From Leucoraja ocellata (Eukaryota), in assembly GCA_036785375.1 (NCBI GenBank), contig JAWMAR010000341.1, positions 620,001-684,000 of the forward strand: 64,000 bases of DNA. The letters are read 5' to 3'. Below are positions 59,301-64,000 of the stretch, piece by piece. The translations under genes were made by a program, and so were the position numbers. Below the pieces are notes generated by a model. The model was not told the DNA's origin. It saw only the letters and a list, made by a program, of their open reading frames with translations, and ran no database searches. Each line of letters starts with the position of its first letter. The first letter of the stretch is position 1.

Positions 59301-62300
59301 ATGGGTATCAGATAAACCTGCAGGGGTAGGAGATTGCAACCTTCACGTGGTCCACCCCGTTTCGACTAATGCAATCAACCCGACGTGCACAAACAAAAGA
59401 TCAAGTCAAGAGAGTTTATTGTCACGTGTCCCAGATAGAACAATAAAATTCTTGCTTGCTGCAGCACAAAAGAGTATTGTAAGCATAAATACAGATCAGT
59501 TAAATGTGTCTATATAGCATAGACCATATATATACACACACACACACATAGATAAACAGATAAAATGGAATAGGCTGTTATAGTTCATCGTTTGTTTGAT
59601 GGCAAGTTTAATAGCCTGATGGTTGTGGGGAAGAAGCTGTTCCTGAACCTGGATGTACCAGATTTCAGGCCGAATAGAATAGACCAAGTTGACCTACAAC
59701 TTTAGGCTGTGCACGCCAAACGCAAGAAGAAGAAGAAGAAGATAAACCTGCGGTGGGCTCAGTTACAATGTCCCACATTGGTCAATACATCATTTGGTTG
59801 TCAAGATTCATAATCAATGAGGCGAGGAAAGATCAGATTTTTAGGGAAGGGGCAAAACAAAGAAGCAGATTAAAACATTCTAAAACAATCCTAAAGAAAT
59901 CTAATAGATGCATCAACTGAAAAGCTGTCATTAGCTACTAAGAATAATAAACAGGCTCCCTGTTATGAAGTGACAATGAACATACCTAGAGGATGGTCTG
60001 TCAGAAGATTGACTTGTTCTGGAGCTGGGTCGACTGGTCCTTTCCCTCTCTTGGTCCTTGGAACCTGCATTATTAGCATCGTACCTGGCATACTGGGCGT
60101 TGTAACGCCGGTATGGATCACCCTGAAGAACAAGCACAATTTAAAACTTGGGTTCTGGCAACAGATCAAAGCTAACAAAATAAAACAAGTTTCAATTGGT
60201 TGATTCCCGACAAAACCTTCGACCAACATCAACAAAACATATAATGACAGCATCTCGAGTGCTCTGGCAGAACTTGCTTTGTGCAATTTACTGACCTGCT
60301 TCATCATAGCATGCCCATATTTTAAGTCCCGCCGTACAGGTGCCTAAAGGCACAATGGGCAGCATGTAAATCAAGTTCCCTCTATTAGCCCCGTTCATCT
60401 CAATCTCGATCCTCTATTCTATAGGCCTCAGAAATCAACACGGTGAGCATTTCTGACTATGCTTTGATCGATGAGTGGTCGTAGCTTCTCCAGCTCTTCT
60501 AACTGCCCAGCCTTGAAGCAGCTTCTTGAATCTCCCAAAAGCTCCCTCAATTCTCATTTGCGATGCTCCAGTTTCATGAAGCTTTTTCAACACCTCTTCA
60601 TAAGTACCAGTGCCAAATTTAATATGATCCCCAGTGCTCCGCGAAGCTTGTGCTGGGTGCAGCAGAAGAGTGGATGGAGTCAGAGGATAAGAGGCTACAG
60701 GGGTGAATAAAATAAAACATAAACATGCCCCCAACCTAGCCACCACCTCCCTTGATTATGAGCAATTTATATAACTGCCGAATAAAGTGATAACGATAAC
60801 GGTAAAAAAAAAAAGGCAAGCGTTCAGTTACCTGATAATATGGATGGTTGCCTCTGGAACTCATTGGTGGATAAGGCAACTGTTGACCAACTCTGGGATC
60901 CACAGGTGGGTAGGATGGGTAAGGCACTGCATATGCCTGCTGAGGATCCGTGCCGTAATCCTGATACAGGTACGGATATGGATAGCTGTAGCCCACCTGC
61001 GGCAGCCCCTGAGGATACGGCTGCTGCAGTGGCACCTCCTGATGCGAGGGCAGCTGGGAGGCTGCTGCTGCTGCTGCTGTTGTTACAGGAACCTGAGCCA
61101 CTGATTGCTGCTGTGTGGCAGGCTGGGCAGAAGCCAACTCTGGGTACCCATAGCCCACAGGTGCGCCATGACTGCTGGCCAGCACCGAGCCTGGCTGATG
61201 CTGGTCAGAGTCATGAGCCGTGGGTGGGAGGGGCGGGGGTACTGCCTGTTGCCCCGTCATTGTGGCCATCGGCTGCTGCTGCTGTTGGACATCTTTGGTG
61301 ACCTGCAGATAGAAACCTGGTTTGTCATTAATGCTGAGCCCTGCCACGTACGTCTGGCAAGGAGGAAGGTGCTGTGTGGTATTATTAAGTGGCAGGGAAG
61401 CAGGTTGATTAGCATTGGCGATGGACTGATTCGGTGGAGAGCGACGCAAGGTGAAATCAAGCAGCTCACAGTTGGCAGATGACTCAGGCTGATGAAAACC
61501 TGGATTTCTTACATCGTCTTTACTGATGTCACTGCGTGGCTGAAGAGCGGAGGTCGGGGCAATTATGGTTGCGCCAGGTACTCGGTTAGAGGGGGGGCTG
61601 GCAGCAGGGGTGCTCGTGTCCCTTGTTGGTGGTCCTCCACCTGCAAACCTCAGGTCGAGGTGACCGTCTGCAGCCAGATTGAGTGGTGTCTGGGCAGGTG
61701 GCGATCCGAGCGCAGTGGCAAGGCCAGCAGCTGGCGGTGCAGGGCTCGCAAAGGAAACGCTTTGGCCGTCGCCTCGATCTCGCAGAGGCTGGTCGGGGCT
61801 GGACTTTGGAGCAGAGGAACTGGTCTGCAGAGGCCGAGCGAGTAGCACAGGTGGGTTTGGCGCAGCCAGAGATGGCATCAGCAGTGTGGCGTAGCTGGAA
61901 CTTGCCTGGCCTTTGAGGGCTACACCTTTAGGTGCTTGGGGAGGATTCTCCATGTTGCCCACGAGCACTGGGTAGCTCGCTTCCTTGCTGCCATCTTGCG
62001 GAGGTGGGCCAACCTCAGCACAGGGTTCCTTGGCTGCTGTGGGCACAGCTGGAGCAGCTAGCGCCAGCACAATCCCGGCAGTGAAGTTCGGCAGCTCGTT
62101 CTGTGCCCACAGGGTGGCAGCTGGGCTCTCCGCTTTTGCACGGGCGCCGTGCATTCTCAAAGGTGTTCTCTTCTCTGACATCTCTGGCATGGGTGGCAAC
62201 ATACTTTCAGGAGCCGCTGGGCCTGCATACAGGTTTGAGCGAGTGTGCGGGATTGTGATGTTTTCCAAGTTGTCGGGTGGTTGTTCTAGGTTGCCTGGGG

Positions 62301-64000
62301 AGATATCTGATGCAGCTTGCTGCTGCCCCACAGTGCTGACTGCGGCCTGGCCCAGCTCCATCACCAGGCTTGCTTGATCCACTTCCGCACCCTTGACTGC
62401 GAACTGCCCGTGTGGCCTCACGGGCTCAAACGAGCTGTTGGCGCTGGCTTGGAAGGTGGCCATCGGCTTTGGAGATGTGGGATTGGTGGGATGCGGCAAC
62501 TGGCTGTAATACATAGTCCGCCCAGCGCTCTCCACCTCCCTGCCCGGATAGGAGGGGTCCTGACCGAGCGGGGAAGTGTCTATCTGCTCAAAGAAGCAGG
62601 AGACAGCATCGGTCGGTGGCTTCCCGCTCTCCTGCTGGATGAAAGTGTTCGGCGGAAGTTGGGAGCGCCGCAGACTTGAGCCGCTGCTGTGACTGGTGCT
62701 GCTGTGGTTCGAGGAGATGCTGTCCGATCGCAGAGGGTGAGGTGTCACGTCCGGGGTCTCCTGATTCACAGGTGGTCCGCCTGCTGTTCCAATGTTTTTG
62801 GTGACATGCTGTCCCTGGTTTGCCAAGCCAGGCATGGGCTGGAATCCCAGAGAGATCCTTTCAGGTTCACTGGGCAACACTTCTTGGTTCGGTGCAAATT
62901 CAGAATTCTCGTCATTTTCCAGTGTCAGCCCATCCCCGCCACGCTGAGGCATAGTGGGATCCTTGATCTCAGCAGGGCCTCCAGAACCCTGGATGTAAAC
63001 ACCGTACGGGGCAGGTGGTGGGGGAAGGAAGCCCTGGGCTTCAACACCAGAGGCCCGACCCACTGCCTGTAGCCCTGACTCAGGAGGGGGCAATCCACTG
63101 AAGAACAGACCTTGACTTGGCTGAAAGGCATCTCCAGTCGCAACATCGGCTCCACACTGAAAGTTTCTTGCCAGGGTTTCTTTATTCTCTGCCTCGCCCC
63201 CTTTGAAAAACATAGAAACAGTACCTGGGTCAGAGTCTGGAGGGTGGCCTGACTGTGGGGGGAGACTGTCGGGTCTGGTAGATTGTTGAGGACATGGTTC
63301 TCGTGGGAAACTGTGTGCCCAGTCCTCTGGGTGGGCCAAGCCAGCGCCTGAGAAATTTTGTTGGTGCTGGGATGGGTGGAAGGGAGGTGGCCGACCACTG
63401 TCCTTGCGCTCTCCTCCAGCAAACTGGGCAAAAGACTCTGGCGGTGGATGCTGCTGCTGGCAGAAGCTGCCAGGTGCCGGGTTTTGGTGAGCTGGAAAAG
63501 GTGGCAGCTGGGCTGGAGAGTAGTAACTGCCGAAGCCCTGAGTCTGGGGGTCACTGGGTTGAAAGTAGTTTTGGACGGAGGGAGGCCGACTGCCGTGACT
63601 CGCCACCCACTGGGAGGAGGTGCTTGGCTGGAGCTGTGGTGGGAAAGCCGGTGCGCCAGGAGGAAAAGGAAGCGGTTCTTGCCCGTGGGAGTTCCTTGCT
63701 TGGGAAGGGGCGGCGCCGTGACGTGGCCCAAACTCGCCGCCTTCTGGCCCTAGCCCCGTGTGAAAGTACGAGGGCTCGGGGGGTAGGCCCTGCCCGGCGT
63801 CAGGAGGGGACGCGGGGAAGAACTGGCCATCACCAAAGCGTGGCATCGGGGCAAGAGGCGCCGCCGGTGCACCACATGGTTCTGACCGCTCGCCCGGTGC
63901 GGTGGGCTGCCCGGGAAATGACCCCTGTGGGTTGTGCAAAGTGTCTGCGGGCCACCGAGGTGGAGCGTGGCTCCCGTCTTGCTGACTCAACAAAGGTGGA
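29276..64000 (-). CDS. SEC16A: Protein transport protein Sec16A (ER exit-site scaffold), 29 exons in window, 5' end beyond window edge
   Basis: Long Pro/Gln-rich exon with GNLEQPPDN and [14 protein letters not shown]; Arg/Tyr-rich ERES-localisation region; central conserved domain ([40 protein letters not shown]); C-terminal [11 protein letters not shown] and RYVDVLNP; phases consistent. Confidence 0.96.
29598..29803. mobile_element. Tc1/mariner MITE (two ~95-bp TIRs, almost no spacer)
   Basis: TA|CAGTGGCTTGCAA...TTGCAAGCCACTG|TA. Confidence 0.88.
30678..30749 (-). CDS. SEC16A: SEC16A exon ([24 protein letters not shown])
   Basis: cag|..|gtaag; 72 bp. Confidence 0.92.
30860..31260 (+). mobile_element. 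CR1-clade LINE 3' fragment
   Basis: [13 protein letters not shown]-type coding plus tail gaagggccgaatggcctcctcctgcaccta. Confidence 0.8.
32000..32370 (-). mobile_element. CR1-clade LINE 3' fragment
   Basis: KTRGHRL..RG..FKR.....[12 protein letters not shown]. Confidence 0.8.
33074..33162 (-). CDS. SEC16A: SEC16A exon ([12 protein letters not shown]...ANLQAQ)
   Basis: cag|..|gtact; 89 bp. Confidence 0.85.
33811..33945 (-). CDS. SEC16A: SEC16A exon ([11 protein letters not shown]...[20 protein letters not shown])
   Basis: tag|..|gtatg; 135 bp. Confidence 0.94.
35391..35502 (-). CDS. SEC16A: SEC16A exon (SKPLPPPPS...VNRFSRKA)
   Basis: cag|..|gtgag; 112 bp. Confidence 0.92.
35938..36146. mobile_element. 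PIF/Harbinger-type MITE
   Basis: TIR ATGGCCTGTCCCACTTGGCC / GGCCAAGTGGGACAGGCCGT; TAA TSD; CpG-rich interior. Confidence 0.8.
36343..36623. repeat. Palindromic Penelope-tail element with unrelated spacer
   Basis: ~95-bp inverted arms (gaaggaaagaactgcag...agagaaggaatgg). Confidence 0.75.
36760..36816 (-). CDS. SEC16A: SEC16A exon ([19 protein letters not shown])
   Basis: tag|..|gtaag; 57 bp. Confidence 0.94.
37777..37848 (-). CDS. SEC16A: SEC16A exon ([24 protein letters not shown])
   Basis: cag|..|gtgag; 72 bp. Confidence 0.93.
39460..39639 (-). CDS. SEC16A: SEC16A exon ([16 protein letters not shown]...VGKKGK)
   Basis: cag|..|gtaaa; 180 bp. Confidence 0.9.
41024..41071 (-). CDS. SEC16A: SEC16A 48-nt microexon ([16 protein letters not shown]), probably cassette
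   Basis: aagcag|GCC...ATG|gtacg; symmetric phase 0; motif resembles start of next exon. Confidence 0.75.
42201..42301 (-). CDS. SEC16A: SEC16A exon ([33 protein letters not shown])
   Basis: cag|..|gtaag; 101 bp. Confidence 0.88.
42750..43010 (+). mobile_element. HE1/V-SINE-like SINE (diverged)
   Basis: gtggagtttgtatgttctccctgtgacc...gggccgatgggcccgtttccatgctgt. Confidence 0.65.
43295..43543 (-). CDS. SEC16A: SEC16A exon (PHAVLDGRL...VQEQVHVNA)
   Basis: tag|..|gttag; 249 bp, phase 1-1. Confidence 0.85.
44420..44630 (-). CDS. SEC16A: SEC16A exon ([24 protein letters not shown]...GVQLMPA)
   Basis: cag|..|gtatc; 211 bp. Confidence 0.9.
44733..44846 (-). CDS. SEC16A: SEC16A exon ([14 protein letters not shown]...QIK)
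   Basis: aag|..|gtgag; 114 bp. Confidence 0.92.
45538..45678 (-). CDS. SEC16A: SEC16A exon ([24 protein letters not shown]...QLIQ)
   Basis: tag|..|gtagg; 141 bp. Confidence 0.95.
45826..45931 (-). CDS. SEC16A: SEC16A exon ([25 protein letters not shown]...PNFQ)
   Basis: cag|..|gtatg; 106 bp. Confidence 0.95.
47129..47240 (-). CDS. SEC16A: SEC16A exon ([36 protein letters not shown])
   Basis: tag|..|gtgag; 112 bp. Confidence 0.95.
47355..47555. repeat. Older palindromic Penelope-tail element with two back-to-back hammerhead remnants
   Basis: ttcttcagaa|tctgaagac centre; diverged arms. Confidence 0.6.
47969..48086 (-). CDS. SEC16A: SEC16A exon ([21 protein letters not shown]...TMGDTL)
   Basis: cag|..|gtatg; 118 bp. 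Confidence 0.95.
48335..48525 (+). mobile_element. HE1/V-SINE-like SINE, 5'-truncated
   Basis: ccggtttcctcccacacctcaaagatgt...gggcctgtttcc. Confidence 0.7.
48618..48699 (-). CDS. SEC16A: SEC16A exon ([27 protein letters not shown])
   Basis: tag|..|gtgag; 82 bp. Confidence 0.95.
49357..49454 (-). CDS. SEC16A: SEC16A exon ([32 protein letters not shown])
   Basis: cag|..|gtagg; 98 bp. Confidence 0.95.
49583..49822 (-). CDS. SEC16A: SEC16A exon ([12 protein letters not shown]...[13 protein letters not shown])
   Basis: cag|..|gtaat; 240 bp. Confidence 0.95.
50455..50593 (-). CDS. SEC16A: SEC16A exon ([15 protein letters not shown]...[14 protein letters not shown])
   Basis: cag|..|gtgag; 139 bp. 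Confidence 0.94.
50749..50936. repeat. Palindromic Penelope-tail hairpin
   Basis: Near-perfect ~70-bp arms; TSD-like AACATTG(T/C)GTA at 50738-50748 and 50937-50947. Confidence 0.8.
52121..52182 (-). CDS. SEC16A: SEC16A exon ([20 protein letters not shown])
   Basis: cag|..|gtaag; 62 bp. Confidence 0.92.
52510..52652 (-). CDS. SEC16A: SEC16A exon ([14 protein letters not shown]...[15 protein letters not shown])
   Basis: cag|..|gtaca; 143 bp. Confidence 0.93.
52954..53128 (-). CDS. SEC16A: SEC16A exon ([10 protein letters not shown]...TGWQPVET)
   Basis: tag|..|gtatg; 175 bp. Confidence 0.9.
53600..53910 (+). mobile_element. HE1/V-SINE-like SINE
   Basis: gagacccggttcgatcctgac...gggccaaagggcctg. 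Confidence 0.72.
54023..54215 (-). CDS. SEC16A: SEC16A exon ([15 protein letters not shown]...[12 protein letters not shown]...[11 protein letters not shown])
   Basis: tag|..|gtgag; 193 bp. Confidence 0.92.
54597..55075. mobile_element. PIF/Harbinger-type MITE
   Basis: ~50-bp TIR starting AGGGGCTGTCCCACTGCGG; TAA TSD; internal CTTCGACTA subrepeats. Confidence 0.82.
55856..55994 (-). CDS. SEC16A: SEC16A exon ([29 protein letters not shown]...PYGD)
   Basis: cag|..|gtgaa; 139 bp; phase fits. Confidence 0.9.
57055..57151 (-). mobile_element. 97-bp Penelope pLTR-derived insertion with hammerhead core
   Basis: 11-bp TSD CTATAATCACT (57044-57054, 57152-57162). Confidence 0.75.
57834..57931 (-). 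CDS. SEC16A: SEC16A exon ([32 protein letters not shown])
   Basis: cag|..|gtaag; 98 bp. Confidence 0.9.
58285..58880 (-). mobile_element. Degenerate Rex1-type reverse transcriptase fragment
   Basis: Minus-strand remnants resembling GAPQGCVL, DPLQFA and VMKCFE motifs. Confidence 0.6.
59323..59376 (+). ncRNA. Minimal HDV/CPEB3-like self-cleaving ribozyme motif
   Basis: P1 GGGGTAG/CCACCCC (one A-C mismatch), P2 GATTGCA/TGCAATC, P3 ACC/GGT, L3 TTCACGT, GT, stub P4, J4/2 CTAA, all in HDV nested double-pseudoknot order. Confidence 0.8.
59404..59671 (-). mobile_element. Rex1/L2-type LINE 3' fragment nested in the ribozyme retroposon
   Basis: Minus strand reads ...[16 protein letters not shown]-like end and tail gtgacaataaac; similar tail at 13330-13610. 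Confidence 0.55.
59986..60122 (-). CDS. SEC16A: SEC16A exon ([11 protein letters not shown]...[15 protein letters not shown])
   Basis: cag|..|gtatg; 137 bp. Confidence 0.92.
60832..64000 (-). CDS. SEC16A: SEC16A large N-terminal exon (truncated by window edge)
   Basis: >1050 open codons to the edge; donor TATCAG|gtaac at 60832. Confidence 0.95.

Larger units (their letters stand above)
59322..59739 (+). mobile_element. Short non-autonomous retroposon (ribozyme head, (AAG)n tail; Ingi/Vingi-like by inference), interrupted by a nested insertion
   Basis: 12-bp TSD AGATAAACCTGC at 59310-59321 and 59740-59751; tail cgcAAGAAGAAGAAGAAG. Confidence 0.75.

Noticed and set aside
60787-63753. Many 70-268 aa ORFs overlapping the large SEC16A exon
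   Set aside because: Shadow ORFs of a GC-rich coding exon; no recognisable domains.

Overview
Eukaryotic (vertebrate) genomic DNA. The repeat content (HE1/V-SINE-like SINEs, CR1, Penelope-like and Rex-type elements) points to a cartilaginous fish, probably a skate or ray (inference). It holds three spliced genes in the same order as human 9q34.3: the 3' part of PMPCA (+, 9 coding exons, 663-7714), complete INPP5E (-, 10 coding exons, 23057-9892, 642 aa, CpG-island promoter near 25.5-25.95 kb) and most of SEC16A (-, 29 exons, window edge to 29276). All exon calls have GT-AG boundaries and consistent phases. Most ORF-track entries are spurious. The most notable non-genic signal is a 54-nt sequence at 59323-59376 that folds exactly as a minimal HDV/CPEB3-type ribozyme and heads a short TSD-flanked, (AAG)n-tailed retroposon. 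Also present: Penelope-derived hammerhead cores and TSD-flanked hairpin insertions, three Harbinger-type MITEs sharing one TIR core, a Tc1 MITE, and a SEC16A RxRxxS microexon.
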